A DNA stretch of 64,000 nt from Octopus sinensis (lineage: Eukaryota). This document shows, in pieces, positions 49,742 to 63,904 of the stretch; positions within the stretch are counted from its first letter, which is position 1, and the number at the start of each line of letters is the position of its first letter. The DNA lies in the NCBI RefSeq assembly GCF_006345805.1, contig NC_043001.1:82956001-83020000 (forward strand), read 5' to 3'. A program made the position numbers and the translations under genes. Below the pieces are notes generated by a model that did no database searches, was not told where the DNA came from, and worked only from the letters and a program-made list of their open reading frames with translations.

Positions 49742-50973
49742 CAGAGGTTGAACAAAGTAATAGTCATGGAAACACCTACATCATCGCATCATCATAATTT
49801 TGAAATATCTATAAAACCGCCAAAAGCTTGTTTATTTTTGTTTATTTTTGTTATTCTTAGTGTTGCTTAATATGCTTTGCTAAAATTGCTATTTCTTCTA
49901 AGATATAATCAGAAAAAGGTAATTAAAATTCATTAAAATAACAGATCTATCGGACTTTCAAAGAGATCAAATTGTTGGTGCTCGTATGGAAGGCGCTAGC
50001 GTAGCGAAACCAGCCGAAATATTTGGTATATCAAGAAGTACTGTCTCGAAAGTAATGACAGCCTTTGAGAAAGAGGGAAAAACCTCCTCGTAGAATCAAA
50101 ACTCTGGAACAAAGCCAAAACATTCAGATAGGAACCGTTGGACACACGCGAATTGTTAGAAAATATCACAAAAGTTCAGCTCCCAAAGTTGCTGCAGAGC
50201 TTAATGACCACCTCGAGAACACAGTTTCCACAAAAACTGTTCGTCAGGAGCTGCACAAAGCCGAATTTCACGGGAGGGCTGCAATGAAAACACCACTACT
50301 TGCAAAAACAAACGTTGCAATGCGTTTAGAGTGGAGTAAAAACCTACAGAATTGGTCCCTAGAACAGTGGAAGAATGTTATTTTCTCGGACGAGTCATCC
50401 TTTACCCTATTTCCGATCACCGGTCGAGTATACGTGTGGAGGAAGCCAAAAGAAGCATTTGACCCAGATAGCCTTCTTCCAACTGTTAAACATGGATGAA
50501 GATCTGTGATGATCTGGAATGTTGGGCTATATCTTGGAAATTTGCTGGCCCAATAGTTTCCCTTCATGGCAGAATTATCTGATCAAATTCATCTTGTGTT
50601 TGCGGCACTGTTTCCAGGGGAAACACAGTCTTTCAGGATGATAATGCACCAATTCACACAGCTAAAGTTGTTACTGAATGGTACGAGGAACATTCTATTG
50701 AAGTTGAACATCTTATCTGGACATAATAGTCCCCAGATCTCAATATTGTTGAAAATTTATGGTACACTTTAGAAAAACAAGTAAGGAGTCGATATCTTTC
50801 ACCATCATCACTACAAGAACTGGAGCTGAAGAATGGACAAAAATTCTTTTGCAAACATTTCAAATTTTGTACGACTCGAATTACTGGAATTACTGTCAAA
50901 GGCGGTCCTATTCCTTATTAAAATAAATTCGTTTGAAATTTTAACGTGTTTCTGTTATTTTGTCCAACACCTG
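49742..50973 (+). mobile_element. Full-length (1232 bp) Tc1-family transposon with a disrupted transposase, DD36E spacing
   Basis: TA on both sides. TIRs CAGAGGTTGAACAAAGTAAT..GGAAACAC and GTGTTTCTGTTATTTTGTCCAACACCTG. Translation includes TDLSDFQR.QIVGAR...VIFSDESSF...TVKHG...FQDDNAPIHTA...SPDLNIVENLW, with stops and frameshifts. Confidence 0.93.
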
Positions 50974-51427
50974 TATATATATAGTAAATAATAATTTAGA
51001 ACAATCATCTGCTCTCTCACTCCACTAGCATGTGAAGCGATCAGATTGTTCTTTCGAGTAACCCTCCTCAGAGGGTCTCCTTTCAGACAAGGCCATCACA
51101 TACGTTTTAAGTCACTGCAGCTTCTCTGCCGTAAACGCTGAACTACTTTTCGGACATGTTGCAGAGGATGCATAATCTAATACGATGCGAATGGTCCAGC
51201 AACTAATATTTAAAACCGAACTTTTTAACTCACCCCACACTGCAGAGGTCTGGGACTTCTGCAAAACCAAACCCTTTCATTATACGTTCCTGAGCCCTTA
51301 TTGTTACTATGCTGTAAATTACCGTAATCTTGCATTGAATCCTTTGACGTTTTTGACTATTGTCAGCCACAGAGAACTTCAAAACATAATATAGATCTTC
51401 AAAAACACCGATAAACGCCTGTGCTAG

Positions 51428-51484
51428 ATGCTTTGAAAAGTGAGGAAAGACCTTGCACCTCTTCAGTCCCACTGTCTGACAAAG
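51428..51484 (+). other. Candidate micro-exon (57 nt, symmetric phase 1), gene unknown
   Basis: ctag|AT GCT TTG ... GAC AAA G|gtatgc; reads ALKSEERPCTSSVPLSDK. The polypyrimidine tract is weak. Confidence 0.2.
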
Positions 51485-52244
51485 GTATGCATTTTTTTCA
51501 AAAGGACTAATTGACACCATTAAATGAAATCGCCGGTGTAACATCAGATTTTTATAGTGCATTGTAAAATGAAGTGTTTGGCTCAAGAGTGCAACGTACC
51601 GCCAGGTCCGGAAATCGAAACCGCGATCGAAAGATCGTTAGTGCAGCACCCTTGCTCTAGTATACGCACCTTCACGTAATCCAGCAAGGTATTTATAACC
51701 GAAATACAAGCAACTAATCATACAGGCCATTAGAATCGACTCCGAAACACCCAGTGGCTAACTCTAATTTGTCACACGACCCCAAAATAATATCTAAAAC
51801 TGATCACATTTTCTTAACGAGCCGATCCCATTATCGAACTCTATCCTGGAAGTCAGGTTCGATACGGACGACAACTATAAAAAGGCAGCTTTTTTTTGCT
51901 ACTCACTTGTCTTCGATGCTCGCACCCGGAAGGGAGTTTGTGTGAGAGAATGAAGTCTAAGAAGGTAAAGCTAATAATTATATCTAGCCGTTGTTTTGAA
52001 ATCGGTGTAACAGCTGAAGGGAACCTTCCTCTTCTTTGATGTTAGATGTAAAAAAAGCAAACTTTTTTTTCAATTGATGGTATACCTGCACATATAGTCA
52101 CCATACACTCTTGCATAAATGTAGATGGCACAAGGTTTCAAATACACACATTGTATGTGTGTATACACAGATATATATATATAGAATATATATATAGTAT
52201 ATATATATATATATATAATATATAAGTATATATATATTATATAT

Positions 52245-52276
<32 letters not shown>

Positions 52277-52312
52277 GATGTATATGTATATATATATATT
52301 TATATGCGTATG

Positions 52313-52344
<32 letters not shown>

Positions 52345-52475
52345 TTTATATATTTATATATATATATATGTATTATATATATCTGTCTATGTATATCTGT
52401 GTATGTATGTATGTGTGCACATATATATATATTTATGTGTTTGTGTGTATACGTATGTATGTATTTATCTCTCTT

Positions 52476-52507
<32 letters not shown>

Positions 52508-53356
52508 CACACGCACAATGTATGTATATGCACGTATACATATATATACATATGTGAATACACAGTGTAGATATATGTATGTATATACATATACATTTAT
52601 ATATACATGTATGCATATATGCATACACATATGCATACGTAGGTACTGCGTATATGAGGGTCTATGTGCATTCCTCTTTGCCAGAGTTCGTCTGACGTAG
52701 GCGTGGAGAAAGGAAGAGAATAGTGAGGGAGAAAAAGGAAGAGAGAGAGAGAGCGATGGAGAGAGGGAAAAGGAAGAGACAGAGAGGGAAAGCGAGTACA
52801 TACACACACGTAAGCATACATACACTTATAAACACACACACACGCTCATACAGACAACCAATGAATGACAAAACCTACAAACACGGGTCTACGCATAAAG
52901 ACGTATCAATAGAGGTTAAACATACGTTAGCCAGAAGGTTCCCTTATCAGAAACAAATTAAGAAAGTGGTGGCGATGGCAGTGGTACAAGAGGTGGAGAG
53001 ATGGCTGTGGTGAGGATGGGGTGTTGGTAGATTGGTGGAGTGGTGTTGTGGTGGTGGTTGTGGTGGTGGTGGTGTTGTGGTGGTGGTATTGGCTGTTGTG
53101 TTGTACTACGACTGGGAGTGAAATAAAATACACGGAGGACCATTGCGTAACACATACAGGCACAAACACACACGCCCATAAATATATAGTTATATATTGT
53201 ATATGTGTATATATATATTATATATATATATATATATATATTATATTATATATGTATGTGTGTGTGTGTGATGTATGCCTACATACACCACACACACATA
53301 TATTCGCAAAAAACGAGTACTGCAAGCGTTATATATATATATATGTATATATATAT

Positions 53357-53837
53357 ATTATATAAAAGGGCTTAGTAAAATAAATTACTTTGCCGCATAC
53401 TGAACTCATTAGAAATAGCAGCTAAAAAACTTTTTTAAAGCTATTTCTAATACTTAACGAAATCTCTCTCATATATAGTGTTTGCTTAATTCAACTCACA
53501 AAGTTGGGGGTAAGGACATCGAAAAATCAAATGCTAAGGTATTTGAGAACGTACGTTTAAGATTAGTCAAAAACACACTTCTATCATCAGCTGAGCTGAT
53601 GATAGAAGAGTGTTGTTTTTGACTAATCTTGAAAACGTACGTTCTCAAATAACCTTAGCATTTGATTTTCGATGTCCTTACCCCCACAACTTTTGTGAGT
53701 TGAATTAAGCAAACACTATATATGAGAGAGATTTCGTTAAGTATTAGAAATAGCTTTTAAAAAAGTTTTTAGCTGCCTATTTCTAATGAGTTCAGTATGC
53801 GGCAAGTAATTTATTTTACTAAGCCCTTTTATATAAT
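53357..53837. repeat. Near-perfect palindrome (~240-bp arms, 1-nt centre at 53593) centred on back-to-back hammerhead-like motifs
   Basis: ...ctatcatcagct g agctgatgatag.... The arms match out to attatataaaagggcttag / ctaagcccttttatataat and differ only by small indels. Confidence 0.93.
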
Positions 53838-54044
53838 GTAATAATTTGAATTCGCCTTGAATGGTCCCTTTGCATACTGAACACTTGGTGGAAATTGATT
53901 AATAATTAATTAATTTTGCCCTCCAATTGTTGAAATGTATATATATATATCTATATATATATATTCTTTGTGTGTGTGTACATCTATACACACACGCGCA
54001 CACACGCTCACACACATATGCACAAACACACACACACACAACAT

Positions 54045-54087
<43 letters not shown>

Positions 54088-54106
54088 ATTATATATATAG
54101 AGATAT

Positions 54107-54146
<40 letters not shown>

Positions 54147-54147
<1 letters not shown>

Positions 54148-54420
54148 AGGCGCATGGCTTCGTGGTTAGGATGTGGCACCTACGATGTCACGTTCGTAGT
54201 TTCAATTCCTAGACCGGCTGGTGCGTTGAGTTCTTACGCAAAAGATATCATCTTACGTTTCTCTGCAATCACTTCGACCCCTGACGCGTGGTACATTGTT
54301 CACCTGTTCGGGTAACATCGATTTCACAGACAGAGTGAGCTGTGTGGCCCGAACATTTAATGACGACCTGTGCAGGTCGTTCGACAAATGCTGAACGCTC
54401 ATGAATCGTCTTCTACTGAA
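54147..54420 (+). mobile_element. Diverged CORE-like tRNA SINE
   Basis: GAGGCGCATGGCTTCGTGGTTAGG (A box) and GTAGTTTCAATTCC (B box), followed by a core-like segment. Confidence 0.6.
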
Positions 54421-54439
54421 GAGTCCATCGTATTTATGT

Positions 54440-55070
54440 ATATATGAATGTTTATATCTATGTTTAGCCCACGAGGGGCTAAACATACAGGGGACAAAGA
54501 AGGACAGACAAAGGGATTAAGTCGATTACATCGACCCCAGAGCGTAACTGGTACTTAATTTATCGACCTCGAAAGGATGAAAGGCAAAGTCGACCTCGGC
54601 AGAATTAAACTCAGAACGTAAAGATAGACGAAATACTGCTAAGCATTACGCCCGGCGTGCTAACGTTTCGTATTTATTTATTGCCCACAAGGGGCTACAC
54701 CCAGAGGGGACAAACAAGGACAGACAAAGGGATTAAGTCGATTATATCGACCCTAGTGCGTAACTGGTACTTATTTAATCGACCCCGAAAGGATGAAAGG
54801 AAAAGTCGACTCAGAACGTAGCGGCAGACGAAATACCTATTTCTTTACAAACCAGATGGGGCTAAACACAGAGAGGACAAACAAGGACAGACAAACGGAT
54901 TAAGTCGATTACACCAACCCCAGTGTGCAACCGGTACTTAATTTATCGACCCCGAAAGGTTGAAAGGCAAAGTCGACCTCGGCGGAATTTGAACTCAGAA
55001 CGTAACGGCAGACGAAATACGGCTACGCATTTCCTCCGGCGTGCTAACATTTCTGACAGATCGCTGCCTT
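54440..55070 (-). mobile_element. SINE A trimer/nest
   Basis: Three units. One junction is GAAATACCTATTTC (54830-54843); the other lies within a head (aacgtttc|gtattt at ~54669). Confidence 0.85.
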
Positions 55071-55354
55071 CAAATATAAGTCCTTTGAACATCATGTTTC
55101 CCGTGCTGGCAAGTGTTGGAGGGAATTCGATGGAGCAGATTTTCTGCTTCAGAATCCACTTCCTCACATCAGCTTCTATTGCTTACAAAGAATGTAATAT
55201 TTTCCGCTATGGAAGTTTGGAAAAGAACGAAGTATGTTACCGCTTGTACAACGGTGACACTCACAAGTTTTCAATGATAACAAATGAAAGGAACATATGC
55301 ATACATATGTATACCTACACTCATAAATACATGCATACACACAAATATATTCTT

Positions 55355-56210
55355 TTGTATGTTTCAGTCATTTAACTGCGGCCATGCTGGAGTACCGCCT
55401 TTAGCCGAATAAATCGACCCCAGGACTTATTCTTTGTAAGCCTAGTACTTATCCTATCGGTCACTTATGCCGAACCGCTAATTTACGGGGGCGTAAACAC
55501 ACCATCATCAGTTGTCAAGCGATGGTAGGGAGGACAAACACAGACATACAAACATACACACACATACGCACATCCACGCACATCACACACATACACACAT
55601 ACACACACATACATACCAACACACACGGGATGGAAGCACTCCGTCGGTACGACAACGAGGGTTCCGGTTGATCCGAATCAACGGAACAGCCTGCTCGTGA
55701 AATTAACGTGTAAGTGGCTGAGCACTCTCACAGACACTATACCTTAACGTAGTTCTCGGGGATATTCAGCGTGACACAGAGAGTGACAAGGCCAGCCCCT
55801 TGAAAGACAGGTCAAACAGAAACAGGAAGTAAGAGTGAGAGAGTTGTGGTGAAAGAGTACAGCAGGGATCACCACCATCCCCTGCCGGAGCCTCGGGAGC
55901 TTTATGTGTTTTTCGCTCAATAAACACTCACAACCGCCGGACTGGTATCGAAACGCGATCCTATGACCGCGAGTCCGCTGCCCTAACCCTGAGCCATTGC
56001 GCCTCCACACACTCACCCTATATATATAATATATATTATTATATATATATTACACGACGGGCTTCTTTCAGTTTCCGACTACCAAATCCACTCACAAGGC
56101 TTTGGTCGGCCCGAGGCCAGCTATAGTTGAAGACACTTGCCCAAGGTGCCAACGCAGTGGGGCTGAACTTGGAATCATGAGGCTAGTAAGCAAGCTACTT
56201 ACCACACAGC
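55355..56210 (-). mobile_element. Family B SINE split by a family C SINE (~55622-56008) inserted in its internal microsatellite
   Basis: B tail at 55355-55545, B head at 56055-56210, and an intervening C element with head reverse complement gagccattgcgcctccac. Confidence 0.8.
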
Positions 56211-56710
56211 GCTGGTGTTACTTGCAGTTTCACATGTACATACTGTTACATGATCAGAGGCGAGAACTTAACGCGTAAGTTTTATCCATGTCATTACAAG
56301 TTACATTCACATGACTAACGCAATTCTAATTTTTCATGCAACTATTATACTTAAAATCACACGATCCTCTGACTGTGTGATCGGCTTCACCTAACCAAAG
56401 TTACTTCGGTTGATGAAAATTTACGCTAATAAATAGAAGCAAATTTGCAAACTTCACTTAGAATTGAGACAAAAACGGCATAGCTCCAAAATCCTTCTAC
56501 CTCTCGCTACTTTCGAACGTCATGAAATCGTGACACCAGTTAAGTAGATGTAAGTAAAACTTTCTAAAAACTCCAAGTTCATTTTCAATTTCTTTTGTTT
56601 CCTTTATACTTTTACTCCTATGAAGAAAATACTTACTTTCATTTGAGAGCATGTGTATAAATAAATCTGTATGTAATCATATGTGTATGTATGTTTATAA
56701 TATATATATC

Positions 56711-56774
<64 letters not shown>

Positions 56775-56943
56775 GTATATACATATTTATGTACATATTC
56801 ATACATTTACATATATAGGCATATATACACAGCTATATATATCTAGATAATCCAAACATGAAAACACATATATATGTATATATATATATATAATATATTT
56901 ACTATTATATATATATATATATATATATATATTAAGTATTATG

Positions 56944-56995
<52 letters not shown>

Positions 56996-57713
56996 ATATT
57001 ATAGATATGTCTATATGTATATGTATGTATGGTTCCATATATGTGGGTTTGCATTATATTTATATGTTCATATATTTTTGAAACCTAATTTCAAAAGTCC
57101 TGTGTGTGTCTGCTTATAGTGTGTCTGAGTGGGTGTATAAATATACACATGAATAAAATATTGAATATTATAAATAAACATTACGCATATGTGTGCTGTC
57201 AGCAAACTTGCATGTGTGAGTGGATGTATATGTATGCTGGTGAATATAAAATTAAGCCCGAAGCATATGTAGAACACACACATACACACGCACCCACACA
57301 CGACCAGAGAAGAATGAAGCATATGTATGTAACATGACATGATTCTTGTACCATAATATAACATGTACCTGTCTTCGTCATACCATTCCTCACCCTTGTC
57401 TGTCTCTGTCTCTGTCTCACACTCTCTCTCTCTCTCTCTCTCTCCTTCTCTCTTTCTCTTGTCGTGTCTGTCTCTACCAGTGCGTAGTTACATACACATT
57501 TCCCTAAAGGCCAAGATACATAAATACATATATAACCAGATATGCATATGCACATATAAACACATGCTCAAGTAAACACACACACGCACACACATCTCAC
57601 TCTCACTGTCTCTCCCTCTTTCTCTCTCTCTCTCTCTCTCTCTGCATATATTTCTATAACATTATTATATGTTAATATATGCATATTTTTCTATATACAT
57701 CTATATATATATA

Positions 57714-57781
<68 letters not shown>

Positions 57782-58505
57782 GTTATATATATATATAATA
57801 TTTATATATATATGTGTAGATATATTGCACATATATACTTATACATATGTATATGTATGCGCAATTACTTATACAACATGTCTATGTGTTTTTGTGTGTA
57901 TATATATATATATATAATATATATCATATATTCATGCATATATATGCATATAGATTCATAGTTATGTATATACTTGCAGATATACAGACATATAAGCGTG
58001 TGGGTGTATGTATATGTATGTATGTATATATATAAATATATATATATATACACATATAGGTATGAGTGTACGCATTTATGTATATGTCTATATATACACA
58101 CATATATATATATACATATATACATATACATATATATATATGTGTGTGTGTGCGTGGGTGTGTATGATGCACATTTAAATTTATATATGTTATATATGTA
58201 TAATATAGTTGATATATATACGAAAGCCCATACACAGCAAGAGAGCAACATGTGCACACATACCTAAACATATGCAGAATGTTTTAATAAAGGAAATATA
58301 ATTTTAATGGAGTTCAAATTCTATTCAAGTTTATATGTAAATATCCAAAGTCGTATATACCAAGAATCAAATAGAGTTAAATATGTGCCCACTCAAAACC
58401 GTATGCACATTAAGGATTTGTGAATAACTATACAAGACATAAATATCTGAACTGTATACATCATACTAAAGGTGTAGATACATGTACCGATAAATACATA
58501 CATGT

Positions 58506-58545
<40 letters not shown>

Positions 58546-58606
58546 AGTGTGTATACGGGAGGTAAAAACATTGAAGTATCGTCACGTATTCTCTAATATG
58601 CATAAT

Positions 58607-58643
<37 letters not shown>

Positions 58644-58651
58644 TTATATAG

Positions 58652-58682
<31 letters not shown>

Positions 58683-58732
58683 TACATTATATATACAATA
58701 ATAGATATATGTATAATATATATATATTAATA

Positions 58733-58768
<36 letters not shown>

Positions 58769-58809
58769 TATAGTAATATACATAATATATACTATTACTA
58801 TATGTAATT

Positions 58810-58840
<31 letters not shown>

Positions 58841-59203
58841 GCATACAAATATATATATATATATATTGATACAATATGCATATACATGCGCGTATACATA
58901 TATATAAATATATATATATACGTATATATACATATATATATATACATATATATGCACATATACATATATACATCTATATTTATATATATATATATATATA
59001 TATAGTTGGAATTTACAAAAAAAAACAAAACGAAAGACGAAGGCAGTTAGTGTATACAACAAACAGATGTATTAGTTTAACGCTCGGAGGTGAGAATGCC
59101 TTTTACGTTTCGAGCTTACGCTCTTGAATCGAAAGGAACTCAGAAATAAACAGAGAGAGAAAATAAAGAAGGTTTAGTGGCTAGCGATCAATCATGGGGA
59201 ATG

Positions 59204-59237
<34 letters not shown>

Positions 59238-59432
59238 AATATATATACTTACAAATATACATATACTTATACGTACATATACATGTGTGCGCGCATGTGT
59301 ATGTGTGTGCGTATGGGTATAATCGAAAATCGGGAATGAGGATGGTGCTGAAGCATTTACATGAGTTGAAATAATAACCTTTATTGAAAAATATGTTAGA
59401 GCATATATACTGAATGTTATTTACAAATACCG

Positions 59433-59484
<52 letters not shown>

Positions 59485-59639
59485 TGTGTGTGTGTGTGTT
59501 ACGTGCTTGCGCGTGTGTGTGTCTGCGTTATGGTTTTGTAATGTGGTGAGTGAATGTGGAGTAGTCAAAACATATTGTAAAGTATATGGTTTATTAAAAA
59601 TGAGTTTAATCTAATGATTCGAGTTTCTCATCATTGCGT

Positions 59640-59682
59640 TCTCACCTGAAGATCGCAGCTGCACAAAACTCGTGTCGCAAGA
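59640..59682 (+). ncRNA. Degenerate hammerhead-like motif
   Basis: TCTCAC CTGAAGA T CGCAG CTGCA CAAAAC TCGT GTC GCAAGA. It has the same layout as 3739-3783, but G12 is lost and stem I is partly mismatched. Confidence 0.35.
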
Positions 59683-59900
59683 TAACTATGTAGTTTCAAT
59701 AATATATTTGTATATATGTGTGTTCTCTGTGCCTATGTGTGCGTGTATATATATGTGGTGTGTGTATGTGTGTGTGTGTACGTGTGTATGTGTTGGGATG
59801 CATAAAATATAAAAGATTTTGCATGTCTAAAGCTGTTAATAAACACACACAAACACACACACTGCGTATTTTGCGTATTCAAATCACGAATATGTTTCAG

Positions 59901-60002
59901 GAATGAAATGTCGTTGCTTTTAATTCAATACTTGCAATGTATGGGTATGCCGTTGATATTGGACCTTGAATAGAATAGAGTTGATACCGATGTGTGTTTT
60001 AG
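59901..60002 (+). other. Candidate non-coding exon or recursive splice site
   Basis: Acceptor tgtttcag| at 59900, and TTTTAG|GTAAGT at 60002/60003. All three frames contain stops. Confidence 0.25.
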
Positions 60003-61537
60003 GTAAGTATCTCTTTTCTGTATCATTTGCTATACAATATATTTAATTGGATATTTGAATTATATGGGGGGCAGTTATTATGAGTATTTACAAATATATT
60101 TATTTATGTTAGATTTGTTAGAAGTTGGGGTATATTTAATCTGGTTGACAAAAAAAGCAATGTTTCAGGCAAAATAACTACCGTTAAATATGAAATTTTA
60201 ATGGTGTTTTGTTAAAAAACTTGCAATATTTACGCTATGGGAGGAGGTGTTTTCTTAATAGGCTAAAAATACATTTGATATTTGCGTAATAATGAGTAAA
60301 ACGAACACAAGGCTGGAACAGATGGTGTTTACTTTTCTATTTCTATAGGTGCATCTTGTTCTGGTGGTGTTTTCAGTATGTTAAGTTTTCTCTTTGAAAG
60401 CATTAGAGCGGAGAACTTCATTAGTGAAGATTTATTTAGTAAACACAAGGCTGGTTGGTTAGGAGTGGTTTAAATGTTTGTAAATGTTACATAAAGTTGA
60501 CTTTTCTGGATGAGCAGTTTAGAGACTCTTTGAGGTTCAAATTTACACCTAAAATGTTTAAAGTGGTGAGATTAATTTTCATAATGATTAGTAAATAAAT
60601 TTCTTCAAGAAACTGGTGTAAAATTGTTGCGAAATGTATGCTTGTGCCTTAAAGTTGTCTTTCTAAAAGATCGTCTCAGTGAATAAGAGGAACAAAACAT
60701 CAGGTCAGGATGAAGCATTGTATTAACTCGTGTATTTGTCGCGCTATTTTATTCTTAATTGTAACAAAAAAAAAAAAAACTGGCGTTCGACTTACACTCG
60801 AGGTGAAGCTAAAACTATGAGGGGGAAATTTTTATATCAAAATTTAACAGAAAATTAGAGGTGTCACTCATACAAAAGTAATGCATTAACCGCTGACCTG
60901 TTTAAATATGAAGGAAATGTCACTACAAAACGAGTTGGAACACCTTTGCTCTTTCAAATTTAATATTACTTTCACATTTTGGCACAAGATCAGTAACTTC
61001 GGGGGCGGGGTAAGTCAATTACTTCAACCCAAGTACACGACTGGCACTTACTTTGTCGATCCCAAAATGATGAAAGGCAAAGTCTACTTCGGCGGCAATT
61101 GAACTCTCTCTAATTTAATGTGGCACAAAGTGGAAGTTATCGAGACATGAGATGACGGAGTGATTGCAACATAGTTCGAAAAATGAAGCTTTAAAGCAAA
61201 AATTTGTATGAAACAACCTTGCTCTGAGGCCCAGGTTAAGTGTTTTTCAGTGCCCACCTCGCCCGCTTGAAGAAGGTGGTTCATGACTATTTCAGAGAGA
61301 GCATATATGTAGGATTCAAAAGTGACAGATTATACAATGTCACGTTACGCAAAGCTCTTAAATTGAGCCAACACATCCAGCAGGATCGTGCCAGGGTTTA
61401 TGATCGTACAGTTGGAGATCTCTGTTCACTTGATGCTCCACGAGAGCGGCAGAAAGTAGTTCAACACATACGCACGCACACACACACTAACACGCACACA
61501 CACACACACACACACTCACACACATACGGGTATATAT

Positions 61538-61860
61538 GGTGAAGGTGCATGGCTCAATGATTGGAGCGTCGGGCTCACCACAACCATGCGATTATAAGAT
61601 CAATCCCTGAACCGGGTTGTGTGATACGTTCTTGAGCAAGATACTTTATATTTCACGTTACTCCAGTTCACTCAGCTGTGGAAATGAGTTCTGATGTCAC
61701 TGGAGCTAAGCTGTATCAGCATTTGCCTTTCACTTGGGGAGTCTGGTATGCATGAGTGAAAGGTGGTCTTTCATAAACAACTTTGCCCGGACTTGTGTCG
61801 CGAAGGGTTACTTTCAAGGGTGCAATCTCAAGGTCATTCATGACCGAAGGAATCCATACC
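61538..61860 (+). mobile_element. CORE-like SINE (family C)
   Basis: GTGAAGGTGCATGGCTCAATGATTGG head and TTCTTGAGCAAGATACTTTATATTTCACGTTACTCCAGTTCACTCAGCTG core. Confidence 0.75.
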
Positions 61861-62007
61861 CATACCTTATATATATATATAGTATATATATATATTATAT
61901 ATATATATATATATATATTAGTATAATATATATACATATATGTATGTATGTGCATATATATGTATATATATACATATGATATATATATACATGCATATGA
62001 TATATAT

Positions 62008-62085
<78 letters not shown>

Positions 62086-62136
62086 AATATTAGGGAATAA
62101 ATCCAATTATTTGCAAAATAGTGGTTTTGTCTCGAA

Positions 62137-62168
<32 letters not shown>

Positions 62169-63904
62169 CTTAGACATCATAACACACTGACACACAAACA
62201 TACATCTGTGTTCATGATGTGTGTTCGCATACATTCACCGATGTAGTTCACCGTATTTGTTTGTTGATCGCAATTGTCTATAAAATCTCCAACAATGAAT
62301 TTGAAATCTAAATATGAAAATGAATTCCAGATGAAAGTCATCCGTTGCCTAATGCACTCAGCCCACTCCCTCACGTTTTCCCTCATTCACTCCAACACCG
62401 ACACTCGCACTCACTCACGCCCTCACTCATTCATCCAGTAAGTCTCTCCCCACCTCCTTCTACTTCTCTTTACCCTCTCTTTCTCTTTCGCAACATGGAA
62501 TTATTTACATAAAGTCTTCTCGCTCCAGATTCAGATTCGGCTCCATAACATTCTAAACAATGAAACCTACAGATACAGATCTCGTAGAAACCAAATATGC
62601 ACAACAACAACAGCAGCAAGAATAACAACAACAACAACAAGAATAACTACCACTACTATTACTACTACAAACAACAATTACAAGCAACAACAACATCACA
62701 ACCACACAACCATCACCCCGGCCAGCAAAATACAAACGTTGTTTTCATCATAATGGAAAGTCTAAAAACATCGTGTGTTGAGATGAAAGAATATTTTAGA
62801 GATTTCTGAAAATTTTTCATGAGATAAAATGTAACATCTAAAAGGTTTTTCATGGAACTGTTTAATAGGAGAATGTGTAGAGCATAGCATCCTGATTCAA
62901 TATGGTATCTTCACGTACATAAGCATACATTACGTTGTTAGTATTTACCCTCTGTAATTATAGAAATTAAAGTTATTCCTTTCAGTCTGTCTAATGATGA
63001 CGGCCTGAAAATGTTTCAGATTGAATTTGTTATCCATTCCAGAGTTAGTTTTTAACGAGTCAACTATGTTGGGACACTGAACAGTAAATGTAAAACGATT
63101 TTGTAACACTTTGCTTTTAGACTTTATCCAGAGCTGGTATCATACTAAAACTCATCCGTCGCTCAGCCAGAATCATAATTTTTCAAGTTGACTAATAATT
63201 ACTGAATGCAGTGAATGAACTATCGAAGACACTTCTGAGTCGATATAGATCAACCTCTACACTATCCCGTTGATATCGTAACTTTTCTGAGAAAACAAAG
63301 ATTAAAGATCTAGTTCGAAACAAGTAGGAGAATAAGAGAACCTGACAACCTTTCAGATGCAAGATGCTCAATCTTAGTAAGCTTCAGTCTTAAAATTGCT
63401 GATCCGTCCTAGATAGAACCTGGAAAATTGGTGGTTAGTTTTCTCTTTGAAAATTGGAGTTAAGTTTTCTCTTTGAAAGCATTAGAGCGGAGAACTTCAT
63501 TAGTGAAGATTATTTAGTAAACTCAAAGCTGGTTGATTAGGAGTGGTGTAAATGTTTGTAAATGTTACGTAAAAGGACACTACTGGATGAGAGAATTTTT
63601 GAATTAAAGGAGACACTGCACGTGTTGCGACCTCATCGCATGCCTACGCATAATTATCCACTGTATCCCCATTCTTCCACGCACAGATTCTTTGTAGCAG
63701 ATCTGCCAAAAGACTGAATCCGACCCTTCCAGAAGAGATGAAAGAGCAGTCTCATCAGATGCACTCTTGGGTAAGGTAAGAGCATATGTAGGTCTTCACC
63801 GCATCACATCGACATTTTAAGGGTTCTTTCTTTTAGTTGAGGCTAAAAACCCTTAGTAATTTCTTCCTAATTTTAAACGTCTAAAGACATAAGCCAAATC
63901 AAGC

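Noticed and set aside
51230-51586. 118-aa minus-strand ORF
   Set aside because: No recognisable motif or splice context. It is compatible with chance.
63600-63740. Possible CR1 3' tail
   Set aside because: The resemblance to the FF.R....WN.LP motif is too weak to support.
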